Source: Eledone cirrhosa (Eukaryota). Taken from it: a DNA stretch of 64,000 nt. Below the pieces are notes generated by a model. It was not told the DNA's origin, did no database searches, and worked only from the letters and a program-made list of their open reading frames with translations. The translations under genes were made by a program, and so were the position numbers. This document shows, piece by piece, positions 28,301 to 40,196 of this stretch (positions are counted from its first letter, which is position 1; each line of letters starts with the position of its first letter). The DNA lies in the NCBI GenBank assembly GCA_964016885.1, contig OZ024740.1:301196001-301260000 (forward strand). Direction: 5' to 3'.

Positions 28301-29894
28301 CCACTAAATTTAGGATGTCAACCGAATCTTATCCTAGCCCGTCAGCATTCATCTCCTCAGTGGCGTATCTCTGTTCCAGGTATTATTTATCTCAGTATTC
28401 AGATCATTGTCTGCTTCGGGTGGTTTCTCCGTTCTCAGGACCTCTTCACCTTCATTTCCCACTGGCTCGCTTGTCTGGCATACTACACCCGGCATCTCCA
28501 AGCCATTCTCTCTGCTCAGTTCCTCCAGTTCCAGCTCGCTTATCCATCCATTAGTTCTTATTACCCGGGCCTGCCCGGCCAATTTTTGTTCATCTAATTT
28601 AAATAAACCAATCTCGTTCCAGATGTTATGCATCCGTCTCCTGTAGCCCCTCTCCTTGGGGTTACTTTTCAGGTAACATTGCATAACAGTTCTATTGAAT
28701 TCTTTCGTCCAGTTGGTTCTGGCCCCTTTCCTTCTTCTCCTTCCTCCAACATCAGCAGTATTTGGTTGACAGTCAGGTTCCTGCTGCTGAGCCAGGGGGC
28801 ACCTGTTGGGTGAGAGTCTGTCACATGACGTTCTAGTCTCCATTTCACCGTTATTCGAACTGTTTATGTTCGATATTTAAACACTCTTATCGAGGATTGG
28901 CGAATGTATGGTTACATATCCATCTGTGGATCCGCCATTCCACTTGGCCCTTGTGTGGCATTATCACCACGCTGTATACGAACACACATAAACAAACAAA
29001 AACACAGGCAGAAAGGGCCCCAAAAATGAATAAGCATAAGTTTCATTGTAATGTAGTGTTCGAATGTCTGACTTAGTTTTTGTTTTTTAAGTTTTAGTTT
29101 TTCCCCCCTCTTCTCTGTCCGTCCGCCTGCTTCTCTCTTCATTCTTATTTTCTTTACGTTTTTTTTTGTTTTTTTTTTTGTTTTTGTTTTTGTTTTTCTC
29201 TGTTTGTTTTTCTCGTTTTTTGCTGTTGTTGCTGTGCTGCTTTGGTTTTGTTGTTTGTTTTTTCTTTTTTCTTTTGAGTCTATCTATATATTTTGATGCC
29301 TTCCTCTTTTTTAGCAGTAGGGATTCTATAATGTGGTGGTAGCAGCCAGCTGGAAGATGTGGGAGACTTGCGGCGGTAGCGATACTGAGACAGTGGTGGT
29401 GGTGATGTCGATACCGAGGCAGTGGTGGCGGTGATGTGACCGTATTACTGTAGTGATGGTGCTGTAGCGGTGGTAGCAGTGAAGGAGTGAAGGGGTGGTG
29501 GCGGCGGTGATGGGATAATGGTTGTAATGATGGCCGTAGTGAGCGGTGGTGGTTTAGTGTACACAGGTGATGGGGTGGGTGGTGTATCTAGTTTCTGGTG
29601 TTGGTGAGTTTGGCTGTTCTATATAGTGTAGGCAGAGGAGGAGGGGCGGGTTCTTCTTCCATTTATAGCCATTTTCTTTTTTGGATATACAGTGTACAAT
29701 ACAAAGTTGAATATTTGAATATTTGAGCCTTATAACAATATATTTTGGGTCCGAATTTTTTGGGGCTCAAGCCGGGTGCTTTACGTAGCATTTGTACTAA
29801 GAGTTGTTATTTCACAAATGATTTAAATATGTTAAAAATTCAAAACTTACGGGAGCGATTTCATGACCTCCGTCACCTCGTGCGTCTTCTTCCC
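25385..29894 (-). mobile_element. B2: apparently full-length Dong family B element with ~1.05-kb 5' leader; ORF 28843->25468 is frameshifted
   Basis: Reverse complement of B1 over 25385-28783. The ORF starts METRTSCDR at 28843 and the leader runs to the (TTA)n at 29895. Confidence 0.9.
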
Positions 29895-29968
<74 letters not shown>

Positions 29969-31429
29969 GTTCTTTGAGTCTCTATCATTGATGGTATTTA
30001 ACTGTAAAGTTTGTTCAAATTAATATCAAGCCGCTAGCTGCAGCCTCAGATATTCAGGACGTATCGGAGAGTTCTTGCTGTTCCCAGTAAGCATGCCTTC
30101 TGAAGTGTACCAAACAGTGGGGCTGGACTAACTTTCTTTAACCATCCTTGGAAACCCTTTGAGATAGTACCTAGTGCGCCTATGACAATCGGGACGACTC
30201 TGACTTCATGGCAGTTCCAAATCCTTTTTACCTCCCACTTTAAATCCTGGTATCGGTTAATTTTTTCCCTCTCCTTTTCTTGCACTCTCGTGTCAAATGG
30301 GCAGGCTACATCTACGATCAGTCACGATTTTCTTCCTTGTCCAAAACCACCAGGTCAGGTCTATTGTGTTCCAGTTTCTTGTTCGTCTGTATCCTAAAAT
30401 CCCACAGCACCTTCACCTGATCGTTTTCTATCACCGACTCTGGTTTATGCTTATACCACTTCTCAGAATGTGGTAAATTGTTTACCTTGCATAGGTGCCA
30501 GTGGATCACGCTGCCCATCACATCATGTCTCCAGCCTGTATAGTGAGTTTGAGCTAGGTGTTTACACACGGATACAATATGAACCACAGTCTCGTCTCTC
30601 TCTCCACAGATCCTACACAGTGGGCTAGCTTCCTCCCTGTAAATATGGTGTTTCACCCACTTCGTTTTGAGTGCCTGCTCTCGCGCAGCCATTAGCATTC
30701 CTTCTGTAGCCTTTTTAAAGTCTCCTCTTTTTAACCAGTTCCATGTCTGTGGAACTCTAAATTCAGTTTTCTCAAAGAAGGTATATGAAGGGATTTTTCA
30801 TGAAGGTTGCTCTTCCTCATTGTTGTTATTTCCTCCTTGGACATCCCCTGGTCTATTGTTCTCTCCTTCAGTACAATTCTGAGCATTGGCTCCCTAGTGT
30901 CGGTCACGTATTTGTGCCTGGTTGTTTTTCAGCATCTGAACACAGTCATCTATGCTGATAAGACCTCTTCCACCTTCATATCTCTTTAAGTAGAGTCTAT
31001 CGACATCACTCCTCTTGTGGAACATGTTGTAGATAGTCAATAGCTTCCTAGTCTTCCTATCCATTTCTTTTTGTTCAGAAACATTCCATTTCAGAATTCC
31101 CGCACTGTACCTAATAATAAACACTGCTCGGGAATTCTCTGCACTTATGACTTTCCTACTATTTAGATGAGATTTTAATACGCTCCTTACTCTACTAATA
31201 TACTCAGATGTTATGAATTCCTTCATCTTTTTGTTCTTGATGTCATCTGCCTCCAGAATACCTAAATATTTGTATCCTTCTTCAGTGTCAATTTCCTTTA
31301 TCACCTACCTGTTGGTACATGGATTCCGTTGCTTCTGCTCACTTTACCCCTCTTCATTACTAGGACGCCACACTTATTAATACCAAATGATATACATATA
31401 TCACTGCTGAAAATACGGACAGTGTCAAC

Positions 31430-31432
<3 letters not shown>
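29969..31432 (-). mobile_element. B3: 5'-truncated, diverged family B subfamily copy
   Basis: [39 protein letters not shown], ...RTLRYVLNI. (TTA)n on both sides (29895-29968 and 31433-31460). Confidence 0.93.
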
Positions 31433-31460
<28 letters not shown>

Positions 31461-34400
31461 GGCGACCTACGTAGTAAATCGTATCATCGTGAGCTCCGCA
31501 AAGGTTTGTTATTTCCATTTGTTAAAAATTGTCATTTATGGAAAATTTTATTGTTAACTGTTTATAAGCGCACATACATTGTTTTCCGAAAAGGACACCC
31601 AAAAAGATTGGGGCCTTGTGCCCAAAATTTATACTTTTATTATTATCAAAAAAATTTCTTTGAAAAAAATGGCTAATTCACCTCTGCACCAAACAGCTGA
31701 AAGCCTTCCTCACAAATTAACACCTCACACCGACACCACCATTGTAAATGTTACTTCGTTTGCCAACACAAAAAAAAAAATATAAGCAGTAGCAATATTT
31801 TAAATTTGTCTCAGGCAGACATTCATTTCCCGCCATTGCCAAAGACTGCAGGTGTTAAAGCCTCCACCACCACCACCACCGCGACAACCACCACCCCACC
31901 ACCACCGCGACAACAGAAACAAAAGAAGAAAAAATAAATTAACTCGTGATGTCGAAATGAAATCAAACAAAATGGACTCTTCCCCACCAAAGACGACTGA
32001 CGTCACCACCACCACAACTGAAACTAAAATTAATATTAATACAAATAACGATAGCAACAACAGCAACAATGACATTATAAAACCGACCCTCAGTTTCGCC
32101 AGAGTAGCAAAACAATTCGAAGTATTTACGGTAACCCAAGAAGATTTAGAAAATGCCAAACAAATGGTAAAGAAAGATGGGTACAGGGTCAGCCTCACCC
32201 CTCACCTAATAAAATGGAGCATCGGCGCCTATGCACCGTGTCGTATAGAACAATAAATGTAAAATCGCGCCGAGTGGAACGGGCATCCGAGTCCCAAATC
32301 CAAAAAGCTTTGGGACATGTGTGGGCAAGAAAAACCCACATCAGACGTGGGAAAAAGTATGGAACCGTGGATGTGTTCTTTGAAACACCAGAGGAGGCTA
32401 GAGAACACTCCATGGCCCCATTAAAAAGTGACGACTTCACACTCGTCCCAAGCTATTGTGGCCAGAGACTCGTGAAAATTAGTGTGATCCACGTTCCACC
32501 GGCCATCGAAATTCCCTCGCTAATGGCTGCCGTCCTCGCTGGCATCGAGGCCAACACCAAGATAATCAAAATAGCGAAAGAAAAGCAGGAGAACTGGTCC
32601 GGATCTGGGATGGAGCTCCTGATCCAAGCGGACCAAAAAAGCATTGAGGAGATCGCAGAGGTAATAGATCTCACTGACGGCAGCCACCTCACCGTAATCG
32701 TCGAGGGCAGAAGGCCTAGGTGTGTCGTTTGTGGTGAAGGAATCCACCTAAGAGCTTTCTGCCCTGAAGCTAAAAGGTTGAGGCCACCTCTCTTACCCAC
32801 CCCAGTAACCCAGCCATCAACACCACTAGCAGCAGAAATGGCTGCAACAACTGTAGCAGCAACAACAGAAGCAACTGGAACAGCAACAACCCCAGCAACA
32901 GTAGCAAAACCAACACCACCACCACCCAACGCGCCAGAACTAGCCCAGCGCCTACACCATCCACCACCCGAAAACCAACACCAAAGCCTGTGGAGGATTT
33001 TCCACTCCCCGACCTATCGCAACTGGAGACAAGGTGTGACAACGAGAAGTGTGAAACGGTACAAGTAAAAAAGAAAAAGGGAAAGAGAAGCCAAAACAAT
33101 CTCCTTCCTTCCCCCTCCAAAAACAAAATAGAGAGGGAAACAAATAAACTATCAAACAAAAAAGTTAGGACAGCTGTGCCACCATCCACACCAGCATCAC
33201 CAACCCCATCACCACAAACACCAACACCATCACCATCATTAACCCCAACACCACAAAAGTCACCAAAAAGCGAAACAGAAACAAACCCACAACAAACGCT
33301 AACAAAACATAACAACCAAAATGATACTCACTACACAACATTAAATTTGAACAACAACCAATTATTACACTACATCCAACACAACACCAGCATAACAGAA
33401 AAAGACTACACAACACCCCAAATGTCCACACCACCTCCACACATACAAATCACTCGCATCAGACAGAAAACGTACATGACACTAAAACAAAAATTCCGCA
33501 AAGACATCGGATACTTCCAACAAACACTCTACAGGAGGATTTATAAGAACATCTTTCCGGAGGAGGTCACAAGCAGTGAAAAGGATGGAGAAACCATCCT
33601 TCCTCTACGAGAAGTAACGTAAGTGGTCTTTCCCATCTTTTCCACTCCATTTCAACACGGCCTCACTCAGAATAGGAAGCATAAATGCGCGTGGCTTGGG
33701 GTCGCCATGGGAGAATGGCCACCTGCTCAACGACCTCAGGTCACTAAACATAGATGTAGTGGCCATCAGCGAGACCAGAATCTCCGAAGCACGGACCTTC
33801 GCACCGATCTTCGGCGGCTGCGATGTGTACGCATCTCCCAGCCGTCCGGGATCGGGGGGAGGAGTTGCTGTGCTTTTACGGAGAGGTTTGGATCTCGCCA
33901 TACGGCCCATCTTCCTGGACCCAGAAGGTAAGTTGGTGGGGCTGGACGTGAACAGCGGAGACGGGCAAGATTTGAGGCTGGTGGCCGTCTATGCCCCGAC
34001 AGGAGCAGGGCGGCCTGATTTCTTCCGGCGTCTGGAGACGTTTCTTAGAACGTCCCCCTCTTTAATGTTAGTGGACGACTGGAACAGGATCTTAGATGCA
34101 CACTGGGACTGTGTGGGGTTAGCGGATAAGGGAGGAAGGTGCAATACCCTCACCAACCTGCTCAGGCGTTTTGAACTGTCTGACAGTTACCGATTGGATT
34201 TCCCGAATGTGCCAATGTCGACTTATACAAACCGCATAGGGACATCCAGATCATATCTAGATAGAGTATGTTGTAGGGAAATAGATAGGTCTAGCCTAGG
34301 CTGTCCACAATTCAAGATAGTCAGCTACACAGACCACACATTCGTGATCTGTGTGCTTGATTTAGATAGGCTTCAAAGACGAGGGCCCGGCTACTGGAGG

Positions 34401-37005
34401 CTAAACGCGTTCTTACCAGCGCGCAAGGCCTACATATACCGTATTAGCGAACTAGTTAAGCGGGCGTTCGGGGGGACATCGTCAACAACAGGTGATGGTT
34501 TGCTCTGAAAAGAGCGTTTAGAATAGAGTCCATTATGTTTAGTAAGGCTTTAGCAATAGAGAAAAATAGAGCAGAGGGAGAACTAGTTAGAAGATTAGAC
34601 GAGGCGCTTAGCAAAGGCATCGCGACCGACGTGCTTTCTGCGAAATTGGTCCTTGACCAATTCTTCAATGCAAAGCACGAAGGCTGCGTTCTCAATGCTA
34701 GGATGCGTGCTCTCAGACACGAGGGGACGAAAGCCGTTCAATGAGCCCGAGTGGCGGAGGCGCGTCGTGGCAACAAAGCTACGATCCGGTCTTTGGTGGA
34801 CCACGACGGGGGCATGCTACTCAATCCGGGGCAAATGTGTGAAGCTTTTTAGCGACGCTTCGCACAGCTGTTCGGGGGCTGCGGCGGGCCGGATCGAGGG
34901 ATGGACTTTAGTGTCTACCTCGAAGGACTGCCACGGCCCTCGGCCACTGAGGCGGAGTGTTGCGAAAAGCCGATAACAGCCGCTGAAGTACGGGAGGCAA
35001 TGACTGGCTGCACAAGGGGTAAATCGCCCTATGAACTTTACGTACAGATACCAGACTTGTTCGGAGGCCTCTTGGCGGGCATCTACTGCAACTGGCAACA
35101 GAACGGGAGAATTCCCAGCTCTGTGAGCCGAGGAGCTGTGGCGATGCTGAGAAAGGATCCGAACAAGGGGGATAATATAGATAACTCTGCTAAACACAGT
35201 TCAAGATTTTGGCCAAGGTGCTAGCAAAGAGTGGGCGCTTGCCGTTGGTGATCTGGTGGGAGAGGCGCAGACATGCGCCATTCCCGAGAGATCCATCCAC
35301 GACAACCTCCACCTCATGCGATACATCGTAGAGAGGGTAGCTAGGGAACCTGGCACGGGTGGGTCCTTGATCAATTTAGATCAGTCGAAAGATTTCGATA
35401 GGGTCGACCATCGTTACCTAACGGCAGTCCTGAGTGCGGCTGGCTTTGGCTCGTCTTCAGAGGCTGGATCACTGCCATGCACAGCAACATCTGCTCTGTG
35501 GTGAGAGTGAACGGTCACCTTTCGGAACCGTTCAACATCATGTGCTCGGTCCGCCAAGTATGTCCCCTATCGTCCCTCTTGTACGTATTGACTCTCGAGT
35601 CATTACTGCACAAACTGGAGATGTTGAGGGGGGTCCCGCGCGAACTAGGATGCGGAAGATCCGAGTCAGCATATGCGGACGTTGTCACCGTAGTGGTGTC
35701 GAACGCCAAACACATCAAGGCGATCGGCACTACATTAAGAGAATACGAAGCGGTGACAGGAGCAATGATCAACCAGGAAAAGTAAGTGGGCCGACAGGTC
35801 GGCACCTGGAGAGGCAGTCCATGCCTTCCAACAACATCGTCGGGCGCTGGACGGACGGACCAGTTAAATTGCTTGGGGCCTGCTTCGGTCCGGATCTCCA
35901 GACGGACAAAACTGGGACGAGGTGACGAGCAGGGTGGCTTCTCTTACCCAGAAATGGGCCGAGAGGTAGCTATCCCTGAAAGGTTGAGTGGAGATAGCTA
36001 ACGCGTATATCGCGTCCGTCATCTACTACCCCCTGACTGTCGTACCTTGTCCTAAGCCCCGCCTGATTGCGCTGGAGCGTTTTCTCTTTCACATTTTGTG
36101 GAAGGGACGCGCTCGGATGGTCAGGCGGTCCATCTGCTGTCAACACATTTACGTGGAGGGCTGGCAATGCCGTGGCTGATGATGCGCAGACATGCGCTCA
36201 GGCTACGACAGCTCCACCTCTTCCTCGACGGTGATCAGGTGTGGTCTCCGTTTGCTAGACGCGTCTTTCCCTCACTCGTCTCCTTGACGGAGCTGCAGTC
36301 CTGGGTCAAGCGAAGACCGAGATGTAGCGCTTGGAGACTGGAATGTCTTCAGGCGCTCACAGCCCTCGACCAATCGGGCAATGTGATCGGTGGAAACTCC
36401 ACCTTGGCGTTCAATAGAGGATTAGTGGAGGGGATAGCGACGACGTACTTGGGGAAACTCTAGGCGTCGACGAAAATCAACTAGCCAATCTCTTCGGAAG
36501 AACTTTCGGGCCGGGGCCTATGGACAACTTCCAGAAATACCTGGCCTGGCAGTGCTGCCGAGGAGCTTTGCCAGTTCGGGATAAACTCTACAGGCATGGA
36601 GGTGCCGTCAGCCGGGCATGTCCGAGATGCGCGCAGGGCGACGAAACCGTCCTGCACGCACTCGTCCAGTGTCCGAGCATTGCTGACTTGTGGGTTTATG
36701 TCGAACACCTGCTGTCGCGTGTAGGACGGATCCGGCTATCAGCTGAGTCGATCGTGAGGAATGCCCTGCCCTCTTCCTTTAGCCGGGAAGGGCAGGAAGA
36801 TTTTACCTGTCTGGTGGCCATGGCGAAAGAGATAGTATGGTGGACACGTTTGAAAGGGCTGAAGACGAGCACTTACCGCTTCGGTGATGCCCTGATTAAC
36901 TTTTTCAAATTTCATTTGAAAAGGAAAATCAGATTAGAAAGGGAAGTGCTCTCTTCCCAGCATTTTGTTGAAAGATGGGTGAGAGAGGCAAGAATGGCCC
37001 GAGTC
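31461..37005 (+). mobile_element. T1: decayed L1/Tx1-clade element with intact 5' end and deleted 3' end
   Basis: 5'UTR and ORF1 (31669-33622, zinc knuckle CVVCGEGIHLRAFC) match T3. ORF2 runs from 33657 (ATG mutated to ACG) with many lesions and is fused directly to A4. Confidence 0.95.
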
Positions 37006-39951
37006 AATGCTTTTTTATAATCTATCCAAGCAATCGATAGATTTTTGTGTCTATTATGACAATCTTCCAGTATCATTTTGTTAACCAGAAGCTGATCCTT
37101 ACAGCCATATGAGCCTCGTTTACACCCTTTCTGCTCAATGGGAAATAGGTCATTTGTTATCAGGTGGTCATATGTGTATTCAGTTAGGACTGATGTTAAC
37201 ATTTTATAAGCAAGTTATCGGTCTGTAATTTTTGGGATTGTTTGTCTCATCATTCTTCGGAAGCAGGAATGTAATGCCGTTAACTAGCCATGATGGTATC
37301 TTTTCTGGCTCCTTAACAATTTCATTGTAAAGTTGTCTAACAGCTCATGAGACTCTGTGAAGCCATTTATCCAAAAGTTTTTTATTTTGTCTTTTCCTGG
37401 GGATTTCCATTTGCTGGTTTTTCTTAGAGCCAAGCTCAACTGTTCAACTGTTATATTTTCCCATATTTGTTCCTCAAGGTGAGCTGTATCTTTCATTTGT
37501 CTGTCTATCCATGGGGCATGTATGTTATGAACTTTTTCTTCGGCCCAGATCTTTTCCCAGAATGCTTGCATTTCCTCCTTGGTTGGTATTGATTTAGCAG
37601 TTATTGTTGACTTACCAATTTTTCTGTAGAAGTTTCTTTGGTTGTTTTTGAACATATTATTGTCCTTATAGAATCTAGATCGTTTTTCAAAGCGCCTTAT
37701 ACGAGCAGCTTTGGCCGACACTTTTTGCTTGATTATTTCTATCAACATGTCTATGTCACATGTTGATTTTATACTGTACTTTTTTTTAAAATTTTCTAAG
37801 TTTAGTTTGTTTAAGATGTTCATCTACTTTATAGTTTGTTAAAATTTCTATGTCAGATCGGAGAAGGTTTATTTGGCGATTGATGTTCTCTTGCCAAGTA
37901 GATTTCTTGTGGGAATTCCTTTGTTTTTTCATCTTCACTCCACATAAGTGAGTGGTGACTTTAGCCGATGCATAATAGAGATGATTTAAATCAGTAATGT
38001 TTATTTTGTTTGTGATGATAATGTTTTTAAGAATTATGTTAGTCTTGTGTATTATCTTTTGGTTCTGTCTGGAGTTCTGGATCTTAGGGATGGTGTCTCG
38101 TTGCCCCATGTCAGATTCTTTCATTTTCATCCATTCGATCATAATTTCATCCTTCAAGTTGGCAAGTTCATTCTCATTCATTTCTTTATCATTTACGATC
38201 TCATTATTTTCATTTGGAGTTTCATCTTGAGCATGCACTCCCTCCACTTTTTCGATCCTTTCTTTAATTTGTTCTGTTGCCAGTGACTCCGCCCCAACCC
38301 AGGGATTCGAAGTGTTACAATTTACCTCGTTTTCACTGACACATCTTTTATTTTCCCTTCTCTGACTTTGTGCTGATAGCTTGATCTGATCAATTTCTAT
38401 ATCAGTTAGTAACTTTTTTCTTACAATATTTCTTCGTATATTGGCTAGTTTGTTGCTGTCAATATAGCCTCTGTTTTCGGGATGTTTCTTTTTCCAGTTG
38501 ATATATGTCTGTTCTGTATTCGATGTATTTGATGAGTAGTACATGGCAGTGTAGAAAGCCTCAAGGACTTCTTTATTATCTTCTCTTGAACATTTTACTC
38601 TCTTTTTCTTTGGATTTCTTGGTGGTGAGCATGGAGGGCCAACAGTATGAGTATTCCGGTTATGGGAGGTCTCCAGCTCCGAAGTGATGGGAAGGTTTGA
38701 ACCATTAACTGATTTTTAGACCCCAGTCTGGTTCCTCTCTGAGGGACGCGGCCCTCTTTTACCCGTGATACGGCCGATCCGGTATGAGATTTTATCATTA
38801 GACATTTACTTTATTTTGTCTCGTTTTATCCTTATCCGCCAAGGGGTAACCATTTCGTCTTACCGCTTCTAGAACGAGTGTCAACCAAGACTAGAGGGGT
38901 CGTTCTCCCCTAGAGACACGGCTATTTCCCGCCGGCCGCCATCCCGGTATTTCTTGGTCACGGGGTTTTCTTTTTGTTGTTTTTTTTAAATTGTTATTAT
39001 CATGAGTGGTTCCTTAATGTGAGCATTGCGTGGTTTAAGAATGAAATTATTAATAATTGTCTCCACTCCAGGCACAAGGTCAGCAATCACCCAGTACATT
39101 ACAATAATATAATATACTTTTCTGCTGAAGTTGCCTGTTATTGTTGTTGGCTATGTCGGTGGTGGTGCTGGGGATTTTTATATTGTTGGCGAGGAAGGGG
39201 TGAGCCAGCAGTGCCATAGTTGTTGATGTTGACGTTTGGCCGGTGGCCAGGTCACTAAGTCAATCTATTCATATCTTTTGCTAGCCCCTCCCTTGTCTAG
39301 TGATACCGCCACCTTCCCCTTTCTCTCTCAAGTTAACAGGGGAATAGTGATGGTAGTAATGAAGGAGTGGTGGCGGTGGTGATGGGATAGTGGTAGCAAT
39401 GATGGATGGAGTGGTGTCGGCGGTGGCGTTGTCGTTACTGGGTTTTTTCGATATGTAATATCTATGAGTGTGTGTCGGGTATGTTTAATATATATTGTGT
39501 TGACATATTCCCGTAAAATTGGAATTAAACATTTTGTTAAAAATTGAGACAATAATAATAGTAATTATTATTATGATGCTGGGATTGGTGGTGTTGGTGG
39601 TGAAATTGCCGTTATCTGGCTGTTATATTTAGTGTGATGGGGTAGGTGGTGTATCAAGTTTCTGGTGTTGGTGAAATTGCTGTTATTTGGCTGTTCTATA
39701 TAGTGTAGACAGAGGGTGTTTTCTTCCATTTATAACCATTTTCTTTTTTGAATACAAAATATATAATACAAAATTGAATATTTGAGCGATGTAACAATAT
39801 AATATGGATCCGAAATTTTATGGGACTTGATTCGGTGGTTTATCCAACATTTGTATTAAGAATTGTTATTTCACAATTAATTTAAATATGTTAAAAATCA
39901 AAAACTCACGGGGCGATTTCATGACCACCCCGTGCGTCTTCTTCCCTTCCC
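37006..39951 (-). mobile_element. A4: 5' half of a Dong family A element including its ~1.15-kb leader
   Basis: Colinear with A6 from the leader to AWIDYKKA; ends at the (TTA)n tract 39952-39983. Confidence 0.93.
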
Positions 39952-40196
39952 TTATTTTTATTATTATTATTATTATTATTATTGAATGCCATGGTTGACG
40001 GAGGCTCGGCTCTGTAAGGTATAGTAATTTTTAACCGTTAAAACAATTGTAAATTGTTTAAAACTTGAACCAAATTGTTGATAAAGACACCCTCCTCCTC
40101 GTGAGAGGGGTCTTTCTGTCCGTTATTTGGCCCTTCGGGGTTAAATAACCAGTTATTGGGGTTTTGTACCCAAAATTTCATTTTAAACAAAAAAAC

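Noticed and set aside
31609-31630. gggccttgtgcccaaaattt in the T1/T3 5'UTR resembles the SINE tail
   Set aside because: The match is too short (~11-18 nt) and is equally explained as a local hairpin also present in T2 (ggggttttgtaccc).
40083-40175. CCTCCTCGTG in the T2 5'UTR resembles an HDV-ribozyme L3 loop and is followed by a C-UUCG-G hairpin
   Set aside because: It folds as a simple hairpin (aaagacaccctc/gaggggtcttt); no upstream P1 partner or J4/2 was found. The UTR is structured, but a ribozyme is not supported.
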